This document shows positions 40,461 to 54,132 of a stretch of 64,000 nucleotides of DNA, in pieces. The stretch is taken from positions 6,262,001-6,326,000 of the forward strand of contig JAQFVV010000002.1 of NCBI GenBank assembly GCA_028023455.1. Reading direction: 5' to 3'. The translations under genes were made by a program, and so were the position numbers. How positions within the stretch are numbered: the first letter of the stretch is position 1; each line of letters starts with the position of its first letter. The DNA is from Epiperipatus broadwayi. Taxonomy: Eukaryota; Animalia; Onychophora. The notes beneath the pieces are model-generated. The model did no database searches, was not told the DNA's origin, and saw only the letters and a list, made by a program, of their open reading frames with translations.

Positions 40461-40850
40461 TGGTGCAGTGAACCGAAAATGCAGAATAACATAACAATGT
40501 TTGATATGCAAAATGCAGGACAACACAAATCACATTGAAAAATACATACTTCTGAATGGGATAACAGATGATAAACTTAAAATAGCAATGGTATTATGGA
40601 TATTGGGGGGAAATGTTTGGAATGTGGTGAACCATTTATGTGATCTGAAGCCACCTGAAGAAACATTCTGTGAAGAATTACTGATAAAACTAAATGCATA
40701 TTTTAAGCCCATAATGTTGAAATTTAAGGAATATCAGAGGATACAGTCACAAAGTGAAAACATATGTGAATTTGACTTGGTCCTGTGAACGTTAGTGAAG
40801 AATTGTGAATTCAAGAATTTTATCAATGAAATGCTATTGGATCACCTACT
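40461..40850 (+). pseudogene. Gypsy PBS-like site plus gag N-terminal fragment
   Basis: TGGTGCAGTG at 40461; track ORF 40501-40788 (HIEKYILLNGITDDKLKIA...LNAYFKP...QSQSENICEF) continues past a stop as LVKNCEFKNFINEMLLDHL, a typical Gypsy gag. Confidence 0.8.
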
Positions 40851-43127
40851 ATGGGGAATAAATATTGCTTAGAAAAGTATTACTGATTTATTATACATAT
40901 ATAATTATGTATACATACTAAATATACATTAAGAGTTTAAAATGGTTTAAAAAATGTTATTAACTTGAATTGCCCTCTCACAACCATTATTTAAAACAAA
41001 TGAAAATTCTAAAAATAATTGCTAATTGAAATATGTAAAATTACTGTATATTTTTCATATTTTTCTCACTCTTTGTTTCAAATCTATCAAACTAGTTGAT
41101 ATATTAAAAAGATACGTTTCAAAGGGATTAGAGTGATATAACTTAGTTATTTATCAATTTTCAAGCAATTTTACTGAATTTAAATATATTAAACCTCAAT
41201 TTTAAGATTTCGTTTTACCTTTAAAAAAAATCAAAAGTTAATAAAAAACAAATAGATTTTCCAAAATCAGTAAAAGCATTTAATAAAAATAAAAAATGTC
41301 ATTGATATTTTCATAGTTTATAATCAATAATTAAATTGAATATTCATTTTTGATACATGTATATTTGTGTTTAACTAACTTACATAAAAATATGAGGTTA
41401 TTTTAAATTATTTATGTCTACATATTACATTCTCTATATCAATACCCCATTTGGTTCCAGTTTTACCAATAGGTGTAATTTGATTGCAAACAAACATACA
41501 TAATTAAACTGTTTTATTTGACTACATTTTAATTTACATGGATCTAATATAAAAAGAGTTTCAAAGTATTGCATATAAACATGTTACATGTATCTGCAAT
41601 ATAAGTTGGATTCATTCTCACTTCATTTGGTACTATTGATGAAGAGTCAATTGTTATTGTATTAAAATAATAATATAACAGAAAATGAAGAAAACATTTT
41701 CAATTAACGATGATGAGAGCAGAGTACTGATTTGTTTTACAGAACTTAATATAATAGTTAGCTTTGAATATTGAAAAAAACATTATTTGTTTTACAACTA
41801 TTTAAAAAACCTCCAGAAATTTACTTTTCCTTTCTTCAGAGCATTGTGAGATTTTTTAAAAATTAAATATTGAATTTCTCATTTTATTTAAAAAAAAAAA
41901 AACACACACACACATTCTTTCTTTTACATGGAAAGTTAAGTAAAACATTTTTGCTGTACTTTGGGAAAAAAATGTATTATATTCAACACCAGATAAATAA
42001 CACCAAACATTTATAGTAAACAATTCTATGCAAATGAAACATAAAAAAATAATTTATTCACCTGTATCAAATTAATACATTTCAGTGGACAATAACTAAA
42101 GGATATATGTCTTATTTTCAAGCTGTGTATCAAATGCATTAACTTCATTACTGTAACCTAATTAAGAGAAACAATCTCATGGGCTAATAAATACATTCAG
42201 TACTTATTATTTATCATGCTAGCCATGTTGCGCCATATAACTTTTCAAAATAATATTCTAGTACAGGTTTGTGTTCGAACATGTGGAGGCAAATATATCA
42301 TCATGAGCAAATTTTTTATTATCTATTAGTCTACTACACTCCTCTATAAATAAGACATTAATAATAACAGCTATAAAATTTAATAATTCTTTTTATATGA
42401 CAAAGAAAATAAGCATTTTACATTTAATTACCATCTGTAGTTATTCTAGCATTTTGGCAGACAGAAATGCATACACTAAATAATTTTACTACAATTTCTC
42501 ATCACAGATCAAATTGAATATCAAATAATATAAATGCTTAAAAAATTTTACAACAGCAGTTTCCTTTACAATTTTCACTCTATGATGCAGAATTATATAC
42601 AAATACATTTATTGCATGAAGAATATTTTTATATACAAAACACACACACTTATTTATAATGACAGCATATTTTTATTGTTGGATTAATATATATGTATAT
42701 ACAGAGCGATAAGTTTTTAAAATAGGAAATGACATTTATATAAAAATTTGTCATAAAATAAAAATGGCAGTAAATATAAGCAATTTTTAACTTTAAATGG
42801 ATAATAAGCAAATTTTATGAAATTAGAAAAATAAATAAATAAAGGGATTGAAATTTTCATGGTTTATAATTGATGAGTAAATGAATATTTATTTCTGTCA
42901 TATGTATATTGGTGTTTTAACAGTTAATAATAATTGACTTACATAAAAAGATGGTTATTTTAAATTATTTATATCTACATATTAAATTCTTTATATCAAT
43001 ACCCCATTTGGTTTCAGTTTTATCAGTAGATGTAAATTGATTATAAATAAGCATATATACTTGAACAGTTTTATTTGATTACATTTTGATTTAGATGGAT
43101 ATGATATAAAAAGTTGCTATATATTAA

Positions 43128-43881
43128 CCTCTTTATTGCTGATTATTTCATTGGCCAACTGAGGTAAAAGCCTAATGTTTTAATTGGTCAATTTCACAAA
43201 ATCAAGTGTCAAAATACAAATTCAATCATCAAAATATATTCAACTTTCTTTGTTATATTCACTTTAGTTTCGTTTATAAAAAGTATATTAATAATTTGTC
43301 AGGTTATGAAAGTAAACGAAAGTTTTTTCAAAAATAAATTCCTCTTTATAATTGTAGAAATATTTACGAGCGGTAAATGTAAAACAAAATCGAAAAACGA
43401 ATCAAAATGTTTACATGATGATATGATTTGTTTGACAGTTTTACTTTGCAGAAAAAGTTAATAATTTTGGTTAATTTTTGTTAAAATCTTAACTATTTTT
43501 TTTAAATAATTTGATTTTCAGCATATTTTATAAAAATAATATATATTTCAAAGAATGCTTTTAGAATGATCTAAAACATTTGTTTATTGCTTTCGAAATA
43601 AACCAAAAGAAATTGGAGCGATTTCGTTTTTTAAAAACGATTTTCTTTGTTGTCAAAATTTATTAGCCAATCAGATCTAAGATAAGTCTGCCTCTCTTCA
43701 TTGTTTAACCTTAACTGACAGGTTTATTGATTTTTTACTTTTAAATAATTCATGAGAGGGCAGCATCTTACGGAAATTTATAAAATCTCTCGTTTCACGT
43801 AAAAATCTTTATTTTCCATCTAAAATTGCCAGGATTTAAGAAAGTCCATCACGTTTTTAACCATGACTGACAACTATTATG
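43128..43881. mobile_element. 754-bp segment present only in copy A, flanked by TTAA on both sides; no TIR found
   Basis: Copy B reads gctatatattaatatatat continuously. Copy A has TTAA at 43124-43127 and 43882-43885. The segment is richer in CpG than its flanks. Confidence 0.55.
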
Positions 43882-44689
43882 TTAATATATATATATTTAC
43901 ATGTATGTGTGAGTGTTGTGCATATATATATAATACAAGCAAATAAAATGTATAGTATATAGATATAAATTGATTAATAATAAAGATTTAATTGGTAGTG
44001 TGAATAAAGTATTTATTTCTTTGACCTATAAGGCATCAATTAATAAATTGAATTTATAAGAATAATTTCCTGTTCGGTGGTATGAAAGTGGCCTGGAAGA
44101 AAGGCTTCAACTGATTGCAAATCTATTCCTGGAGTAATTTATAGAATATCTTGTAGATGTCAAAAAACTTATATAGGTTAGAGTTAATTAAAAGTAGAGT
44201 TAAAAATAGATATCAAAACTCAGCTTTGTATATTCATGAACTAAATAAAGATCATAAAATAATATTTGTCAATGCAGAAGTTATCTTTATTAAAAAAAGT
44301 AAATTGAAAAGAAGAGTATAACAAACTTTGATATTTTTTTAGAATCTGAGGCCATCAGTCTCATGAAAATATCTTTTGATGTAAAAGGGAGTTGATTGTT
44401 GAAGTGAATGATGGAAAGACTATTTTATTTTGTATATATATATATTGAACCAGATGCTTTATCCACTTCAAAAATTTCATCACGAAGTTAAAACTAACTT
44501 TTACTTTTATAAAGTTTTTCAAAGAAAATTATTTAAAAGTTTTGTATGTTATAGCACACATACTTATTTATATTTTAAAAGTTTGTGATTTTACTTTTCA
44601 ATAGATTTTAGTTTAAAATAATTTTCTTTTGATGCTTGTTTTTTTTCCTTACAGTAATTAAAATTAAACAAAGATTTAGCCTTTGTGAA

Positions 44690-44772
44690 AAAGCATGAAT
44701 TTGAACCTGGAGCCTTAGATTTATGAGTATTGAACTTTAAGACAATGCTCTAACCAATTGAGTCATGCTGCC
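44690..44772 (-). mobile_element. tRNA-derived SINE head / tRNA pseudogene (paralog 62288-62367)
   Basis: GGCAGCA-TGACTCAATTGG (A box)...GGTTCAAATTC (B box). The 62.3-kb copy keeps a GCAGGA/TCTTGC acceptor-like stem; no clean anticodon arm. Confidence 0.7.
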
Positions 44773-44799
44773 AAATGCAAAACTCAGTAAAAATCTCAT

Positions 44800-46000
44800 A
44801 TATTTATCTATGATTTCTTCCGAATTCTTCACTTTTTCCTAAGGCCAATGTTGATTAGTGGTTTCCATATATTATGTATAATCACACTAGGTTGGTTTAT
44901 AGGATGTTTTGCCATTGTAATGTGAGCAGCTTCTTTAAATATTTTTCTTTCTACCATTTCTTTCCTATCCAATATTTTTTTTCATTTGAACATATGTTCA
45001 TTGACACATACATGATCTGCTATCAAAGACACATCTGTTTTCTCTCTTCTAATCATCAGTTTATATTCTTCTAAACACTTTTCAATAGAACAACTTGTCT
45101 CATCAATATATGATCTTACATTAATCAACTTTCTTCTTAGCAAAAAGTAGAGAAATTAGGAAGAACCTCATAAATAAGAATATGTGATTTCTACTAACTG
45201 TTTCCTTTGGCAGGATGGCTCTGCTGGTTAAAGTCTTACCTTAAAAGTCAATACTCAACAATCAAACAACCCAGGTTCATATCACATGCAAGCACTGTCA
45301 CTAATTAAGCCAGCAACACTAGAGGAAAAGGGGAAAATAAAGGTTGTGCATATAATAACATGTTTGATGTCCTATTACTGATAGTTGAATGTATTTGGAA
45401 TATTTTAAGTAAAGTTAAATTTTTAAATACCTTCAATACTCACATTTGATGGTGGAAATAGTCGAATAGAAAAATACAAGTAAAACACCATCAACACAAA
45501 TCTTCAGGAAAACACTTCAATACAATCACTTTCATTCTCTTTAATGTTGCTAATTTCATTTTCATCATTTTCCATTTTCTTTCCATTGAAGACAAACATT
45601 GCTTGTTTTTCTGCATCATGACTCCTTTATTTTATTCTATTTTTTGATTTATTTAAAGTTCAATTTCTTTCAGAAGTTGCACCAAGCACTGATACGGTTT
45701 TAATTTCACTGGAGAATCCTGATTTTCATTAAGCATTGTCTGTCTTGAGTGCTAATATTGCATTATTATATTCAAAAGTATTGACATGTCCATGTACTTC
45801 TCTACTCATACAACTTCCTCAGAGTATTTTTAATATCATATGGCTGTCTTCTTCCTATGCCAGATTCTCAGGTATTGAACTATTATTTTAAATGTCTGCA
45901 TCCACATTGGAGAAATTAATCAAAAATTGATAACTTCATTATTAATCAATTGATTATTTATCTATCACATGACATGCAATATTTAAACTCAGACCATGTG
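44800..46000 (-). pseudogene. Decayed Penelope-like RT plus GIY-YIG endonuclease, copy A
   Basis: Paralog of 62399-63600; here the GIY-YIG segment carries an in-frame stop. Confidence 0.7.
45209..45295 (+). mobile_element. tRNA-derived SINE head (paralog 62802-62885)
   Basis: GGCAGGA-TGGCTCTGCTGG (A box)...CCAGGTTCATATC (B box); similar to the 44690 head but in opposite orientation. Confidence 0.65.
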
Positions 46001-49000
46001 CATCTTAAACACTTTCCATTTTTTTCCAGTATTCTAAAGTACATTTTTTATAATTACTTATTATTTTGCTAAATTTAACTTATGCAGTGCCAAGATAATT
46101 AGCTATGTTGGTCTATAGCTTTGCCTTGATTGCCACTCTTTAGAAACATTTAAAATTATTTGCATTTAGAAAACTCCATCCAACAATTCATAAACAACAA
46201 AGGAAGTAATCTGCTGTAACATACTGTGTGACCATGGAAAATTTTATAACAAAGTATAATTGCATTGCTAGAATTTTTAATTAATATTCAATTATTTGTT
46301 TAGTCATACTGAATTTTTTAGAATCAAAAACTTTAAATGTTGAATACCAGAATTTTTATAACTTTACATTACTATTAAAAGACGTTTATATGCTTAATTC
46401 TACAAGAAACTATAGACATTATATTTTTCAAATTCTAAGTTTTGCTGTAACACAATGTACTTCTTTAAGCTTAATTTGATGTTTTTAAATCAAATTACAT
46501 TTTTTTCTGAGCTTATAGGGCATTGTGAATGAAAAAGTACACATTAAATAATTATAAATGTATAAATGCTTTGCCTTGCAGTGAAGAATCTATTCTATTG
46601 TTATGTCTAGGAAACATTGGTAAATTTCTTACTTTGCTATTATTGTTTTTGTAAGGGATGAAATGTTTCTTTCACTGTTTACGAAGTTGTAAAATTGGTT
46701 ATATTATATTTATTATGAATTGTTGTTTACTATGAAATATTATATAAATGAACAAACGTCATTTTCTTGCTTTTAACTTCGAATGTATTTTATTTGCTTA
46801 TAAATATTTTATCTCCTAAAGATAAAATATAAGATTAACTCAGTACTTTCTCCAAACTATGGACTGCTGAACGAACAATTATTAGACTTAATAAACATGC
46901 TTTTAAATATTTTATTGCTCTTGAAATATAAGATGTTACTTATTCTCTGTTTGCTGAAATCTCATTATTTCTGTAATGTGTATTGTTTAAAAAGTTTGCT
47001 GAGCTTCTGAATTAAAATTATTTATTGCCAAATAAACTTTATATTACTTTAATGAAAGATATATTTTCCTCTTTATAGTGTTTCATTGTGTGAAGCTACA
47101 AATTGTGTTTTCAAGTGTAGTAATATTTTTATAAATGTACCTAAAAATGAATAGTTGGCTATTGTTTGATTTTTGAATTACTTTCAAACAAATTATATTT
47201 CTTATTATAGTGTTATTTAAATAAATACTTTATTAGTGCTTTGAACGGGTTTTAGTAATGTCAGTGTTTATTATTCTACATACCTAAGATTTTGAATTAT
47301 TTATTAATATTCATAATCATCCTCATATTCTAGTAAGTCTTCAACGTGTCTAAAGACTCTTTTACTGGAACTGTTGTGATACCAAATGGGGTAGAAAAAA
47401 CAATTAACGACTTACGAAATATAAATTAGGTAGAGAGTAAAAATATTTAGTTATAAGTTTTATTCCTATGTGGATAATATTTATGACATTGTGTATGTTC
47501 TACTTCTGTATGGTTTTACTATGTTTATCATGATTGTTTTTAGAATATTACTTTGTTTTAATATATTCGTCTTGTATGGAATTATATAGAATGTGTAAAA
47601 ACCAATTGAAATTAATGAAGTAAATGTCTTTTTTCTTATTAAATCATTAACCCAGAAATTTCTATGCCTAGTTATATTTTGGTGTAATTGTCATATTTTA
47701 TCACTTTTTCATATTGCTTATTTGTTATTGCCATATAAGATAAAAGGATGAGCTTTATTTTCATATATTGTTTTATCATGCTAGTGAGATGTTTGTCTAG
47801 GGGGCACCATATGGTACTGTATTTTAGACGACCTTTTGTGACACTTTATTCTTTTCATATTTTTAATCTTAGAGATAAAGTCCTTATTTTTTATGTTTAC
47901 TTTTGGTTACCTGTTATTTTTGGAGTCTATTCCATTATTTTGCTTTTTTTTAATATTCCTTGATGTTTATTTAGTTGAATATTTGTTCAAATTGATATGT
48001 GATAGCAACTATGTCTTATTTCTTTTCTTCAAATATTTTAAGGTCATGTGTGAAGCAAATCATGGTTTTATTTTTGCTCTTGATAAAATCAAAGTAGTTT
48101 ATGACTATTTATATGGTTGAAATGCCCAATATTCGTGTCTGATATGTATTAGAATCCTTGATATAGATCTTCGACTTAACTTTGTAATTTTAGACTTGAC
48201 TCTAAAATTGTATATCTTCCAAATTCTCGCTATTATTATGTTGGTAATATGTATTTTGGAATACAATACTATTAAATACATTTCCTACAAAGATATATGT
48301 AAATGAAACTTGGATTAATAAAATGTGAGAGCTGTCTCTACTCATAGGCAAATGATATACGGGTTATTTATTTATTTATTTATTTTTCTAATTGTAAATT
48401 ACAATATTATTTTCAAGCTGTGATAATTATGGCTTCTGATTTTGTTAAAATGTTGAATGATTATTATTCTCATCATCTTCATTAGTGTTAATAAATATTG
48501 TTTTAATTAATAATCTTCTCATTTTCATTTATATCATCATCTATATTTCCAGAAATTAAAACATCATATATATATATTGTGACCTTTTATTTCGGTCCCT
48601 GTATTGAAAAATGCAAAATTTTAAATCATAATAATATATCTGGCATGAAAATCTTAATGAGTGGTTTTCAATAAAGACTTCTGTATGCACTAGGAAATTT
48701 GCTTGAGTGGAGAAGAGGTTGCAAAGCCAGTGTAGACTTTAATTAGGGATAAAATAATAATTTTATAAGTATTATTAATTGGGAGATAAATATTGCTATT
48801 TTTATTATTGTTGAATAGCAATTGAAATAAATAAATTAAATTTGTAAGTCTTGTAAAATGAATTGTTATAGTTAATTTTTAAGCATATATTTTTTTTGTT
48901 GTAGTGAATCCAAAGCTGTCTTGAATAAGTATGAGTAGTTATTGAAAGGAAAGCCAAGTGGAGTAATATTAATATATTGACACTAAGATTATTGGTCAAT

Positions 49001-50989
49001 TTATGACCACAATGCCTTGTAATAAAAACTATATATATATTAAAACAAAACTGTAGCGGGTGGGGTGGATAAGAAAAAGTGCACTAAACAACAACAGACT
49101 TCAACTTTGATCTAAAATAAGGAGGAAAAAAGCTAAAAATCAGAAAAATTTGGAATTTAATTGAATAAGGATTATAGTATATTGCTATCTAAAAACATGG
49201 AATAAAAATCTAAAAGCCTTGCTATCATTTTAAGCACCTTTTCCGTCGATTGATAATTCTTAAGAGTTATGCTGGAAAGGAAATGGAAACCTTGTGCATC
49301 ATATGCTGGAAAGGAAATGGAAACTTTGTGTTATTCATATTTTTAAAATCTCTTCTTTAAAAATAACGCACAAATTATTTATAGTTAAAATAAAGAGTTG
49401 ATAATGTTTGTATTTCGCGCCACTACTAAATATAAAGCAGAACATATGATCGTTTGAAAATCGTAATTTCAAGAAAATAATTCAAAGTAATTTTAAAGAA
49501 AGATTTCAGAAGATATTATAAATAAATCAAAAGTCATTTTATATCATATAATTTTAATAAAGTTAAAAGATAATTGCAAGTGATTTTATTCTCAATTATT
49601 TCTTATGAAATAAACACTCATCTGATAATTTTTCTTTAGCGCAAACTTATGTAACAATAGAAATGAATGATTACAGATTCATTAAAAATGTTCAGGATAT
49701 CATACTTGTAATTGGATAAATTCCTTTTAATAGTGCTAAACAATTATTACTTTAAGGGAAATATAATAAAATAAATTTTTACTTTTAAAATTTTTTACAG
49801 TGCAATACATATAAATAAAATTTTTTAAAAATGTCTGATAAATGTCCCAATTACTTAAAGTGTTAAAAATATTACCGCGAATGGAAGAACAGAATCAATA
49901 AGTTATTTTTTGAAAAAAAAAAAAACAAGTTAAAGATATTAATTGCAATAAATTATAAAGTTGTTTTCAAGGAAAATCATCTGGATTAAAATGTAACTAA
50001 AACGATTTTAGTTATATCCCACTTGAAATGTTTACATCTTGTCTCTCTATATAATACCAAATAAATCAATAAATGTCTTTAAAAAGTTTGTTTTAAAGAT
50101 CACAATAACCTATAAAGTTATTAAGAAAAATTATCTATAGAAAAGTAGATAAACCTATCCTTTTAAGTATGCTACAATTGGAAATGTTAATTTTGTCTTA
50201 TTAATTATCGGTACAGAAACCATTAAATAATTTTGTTTTTGCCTTTGGAGAAGTGTTGAATATTGCTCTATTATGCATTGAACAGGATATTAAAAATATA
50301 TACATGCATTATTTGGAATATTTACCCATCATAATATCAGTTCTTATCATTTTAGCTCACCAGAATAAAATAAACTCTACGAACAGGCTAAACTCTGGTG
50401 GTAGAAAACTTTTGTTTATTTTTTTTATTACTGCTGTGTTAGCTTATAATGCTTACATTATGTGTTATTTGGGAATTTTGTTTTTAAACATATATGTTTT
50501 ATTGGGGTATGAAATATATTGAGTTAAAGAAAAAAAAGTGTAAAATATATACATCTATTACATGTATTTTTATTTTTTCAGTTAAGGGAAAGCATGATAT
50601 TATATATCGTTCATCTAAACAGAGAGGAAGAGAGATTTATTTCTCTTATTTTTTTAAAAGATTTTAATACTTTATTAAACGTGAACAAACAAATATTTTG
50701 TCAAAGATATACCAAAGACCCAATTATTTTCTTATATAAAAAAATTGATCTAAATCTTTTTCATTTCTTAATTTTACCTAGGAATGAACTTGTCCACTTT
50801 GAATACAAATGCAAGTTGGTCTTTATTGCTTAAATATGTTGTGCTCTCTTGAACAAAAGTATAGTTGTCATTTTAAAATAATTAATGATCATTTGACATA
50901 TATATATATATTTGTTTTGTCTATTGATACATTAATGTTTCTGCATTGTGAAATGGAATATGTATATCTCCACTGTTATTGTTAGTGTT

Positions 50990-51700
50990 GTTTTAGCCTG
51001 CTATAATATTGAGAATGATTTGTGACAGTTTTTAGCTGATAGGATGTGCCAATAGAATGGTATCCAATAGATTACCATTTATATTGAGCATGGGTTGATA
51101 GAGAATCACCTCTTGTTGATTCCATGAGAGGATAGTATGGTAGAGGCTGAGTAATAATAATTAATGAGTGATTAGCATAATTAATCCTAAAAGAGGATAT
51201 CCATGGTTTGAATTCTATTTTCCATGATGAGACAATGCCCACATGTGTATACACATTGAGAGGTAGTAGAATTAGCCATATTATTATACAACTGTAATGT
51301 TGTTTTATAGAGCCTCCCTTTTATTGTTAGATCCCTCATGATGATATAGAGTTAGTTTTCCCACCGAGTATGGTGAAGTATAGTAGTTCAAAAATCATAT
51401 AGCAAGGATAAAATAATGTTAGATTTAGGAACACTGATCTAGCTATAGTGTTTGCCTAATTATAATAGTGCTTTGTAATGTTGTAGGATCATCATCAGTT
51501 ATAGACAGACCAAACCAAAATCTATTAATAATTGTAGAACTTATAGATGTAAGGGCAAGAGATGCATGTGAGGAGTGTGGATTCATCTTCATCGAATAAT
51601 GATTTAACAATGGATTGGTACGATCAGTTAAGTATTCAATAATTAGGTTGTGGACATAGATAATGTTTTAGTGACATGTGTGTATTTGACTTTTGTTGCC
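50990..51700 (-). pseudogene. Decayed CR1/L2/Jockey-type RT fragment
   Basis: Minus strand: LIIEYLTDRT, SITDDDPTTLQS and NTIARSVFLNLTL resemble the W..SYL..R.Q and post-YADD segments. Confidence 0.45.
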
Positions 51701-52391
51701 TGTTCTTTAGTACACTAAACATATTCATCTCAAATTTTAATCAGTTATTAATTGCGCTAAATGATAGTTGCTTCTATCATATTCTAATAAAAGGAATGCT
51801 TCAGTATAATGCAATATTTGATAACTTTTGAATTCTAAATTTAAAGTTTTGCATACCATAAGGTCCTAAATACACTGTTGTTTTTGTAATTTAAGTGCTA
51901 GTTCAGTTTCAATAAGGTTTCATGATCTTATGCTTTAAGATAGGCTAAACAGTATTAAGAGATACGTTGAATATTATTGTATAAGCTGGTTGTATTGACT
52001 AAGAATATGGTCAATGGGATACTGAGTATTTCACATCCCTGAGTTTAATTTAATATATTGGTTTTATTTCATGCCATGTCTTTGAAGTGAAATTTCTAAA
52101 TATTGTAAATAAAGTTTGTTGTGTTTAAAAATTTATTTAGTTGCCTGTTGTCTTATTGCTGATCACCATATATACACTACTATTGTTATTGCTATCGACC
52201 TATCAGAAGATTATAAATTGAAATCATCATCAACCAATATAGTACTATTAACTATATTATGCTATATCATAATAATTTTGTTAAGACTTATAATTTATTA
52301 GTACATCTAATGCATCATCACACAATAATAAAAATGTTAATAACTTAGAGTACAGATTATTTTAAGTAATAAATTAAAAGATAAATATAAT

Positions 52392-52480
52392 ATGGATTTA
52401 ATTGATTTAGTTAAATCCACAGAGCTATCATTCACTGATCTTGATCATATGGTTTATCATTATCTGATAAAAGAAATTTG
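52392..52480 (+). CDS. Candidate host coding exon (MDLIDLVKSTELSFTDLDHMVYHYLIKEI)
   Basis: ATG-initiated 29-codon open frame ending at a perfect GTAAGT donor (52481); no partner exon identified. Confidence 0.3.
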
Positions 52481-53636
52481 GTAAGTTATTGTTTTTAATT
52501 ATTAACAAGTCATTCTTATTCCTAAATTTTAAAGTTTATATTAGTTATAAAGTTTTTTTTAAAACTGCTAAATACAGTTATTAATTTGAGATTATATTAA
52601 GAGCTGTCATGTGCATTATGTTTGGGTAGTGACAAAATCTCTCTCACTGACCCAAATATATGTTGTATAACAATTTTGAAATGCTAGAACCCTGAGAAGA
52701 ATTAATTGTTAAGTTTCAAGGTAAAATTTGAATTTGTAGTAAATTTTATAGATAGTTATTTATTATAGTTGGATTTGAATTAGATTACTTTCACTGTTTT
52801 ATGAAAGTCAACTAAACTTTAAGATATAAATTACATCTTTGGTCATAAAAATGCATAACTTGTTTTAACTTTATGATAAATATACTGATTGTGTCAAGCT
52901 TGTAATCCCTATTTTTATTTAGCTTATCTTTTTACCATTTAATACAATATTAGTTTATAGTTTAAGATTTCAGTATCTATCATTAACATTGTTTTTCAAT
53001 TTCATCATGATCATTCTTTTATTTATTCATTCTCATTTGATATTAATTCATTATCATAATTGATTAAACATACATTAACTTTTATTCTTTTATCATCTTC
53101 ACTATTTATTAACTCTTATTCTATCATTACCTTAATCATTCATTATTCTCATACATCTTTATTCTTTTCTCTTCATTCTTAGACTTATCTTATTCTACTA
53201 TGTAATTATTACTTATTTTCATCATCCATTTAGTCATCTACATCATAATTTACTAATTGTTTCATTTATAAGTTTAATTTCATAATCATTGCAGAGATAT
53301 AATTATTAGTTATTTATTACTTTGCTGAATATCAAATTTAACTCATCACCTTTTGTTTGTGAGTATTTTAAAGCTGGTTTGACCAGAAGTTATTATCTTT
53401 ATTAATCACCTTGTCATCTTCTTTAGATCTATAGTTTCATGCTAGTTTTATTCAATACAGGAATCATTTTGTTAGTTTAACCTTTTTGTTTCTTTATGCT
53501 TATAGTCTTGATAATGAGAGTATGATAGGTTGCATAGAAGAATTTAGTCGCTAAAATGTGCGGCATGATTTGTTTATGACCAGTTAGACCAGTGAGAAGG
53601 TTACAATATATATATAATACAGTACAAGAATATTAG

Positions 53637-54132
53637 TACATTAAATATCAGCCTTTTACAGATATTGTACATGCGCTTTTATGAGAGTTAAATAATAAAT
53701 GAATACTTTGACTGCCAGTACAAGATATAGCATTTAAGAAAGAATAAAATGAATCCACTTATTCCTTTCGAACCCAAATGTTTATATATGGTCAAATCTT
53801 AAGTACTGACAAAGAAAGCGTGAAGATAGATCTTTCACTTTAAATTACAGTTCGCGTTTTCTGACTGAATGACGTCCGATGAAATTACTTAGAATTTACT
53901 AAACGTCACTTTCAAATGAAAACTTAAACATATGTAAGTAAGCATCTATTTATATAGTGCAATGTTTATAATTGTAATACATTAAATATCAGCCTTTTAC
54001 AGCTATTGTACATGCGCTTTTACGAGTGTTAAATAATAAATGAATACTTTGACTGCCAATACAAGATATAGCATTTAAGAAAAAATAAAATGAATCCACT
54101 TATTCCTTCCGAACCCAAATGTTTATATATGG
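53637..54132 (+). repeat. Two 155-bp direct repeats (53637-53791, 53978-54132) around a 186-bp CpG-containing spacer
   Basis: tacattaaatatcagccttttacag...gaacccaaatgtttatatatgg occurs twice with a few substitutions. Confidence 0.92.

Larger units (their letters stand above)
42391..46404 (+). repeat. Segmental duplication copy A (paralog 60215-64000)
   Basis: Collinear throughout, with many substitutions and two large copy-specific insertions. Confidence 0.92.

Noticed and set aside
44690-44772. Functional tRNA gene
   Set aside because: A/B boxes are present but the anticodon region is expanded and unpaired; treated as a SINE head or pseudogene.
47700-48050. GAPYGTV resembling the RT motif GVPQGTV
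   Set aside because: Single weak motif with no supporting neighbours.
53637-54132. TRIM / mini-LTR element
   Set aside because: No TG...CA termini, PBS, PPT or TSD.
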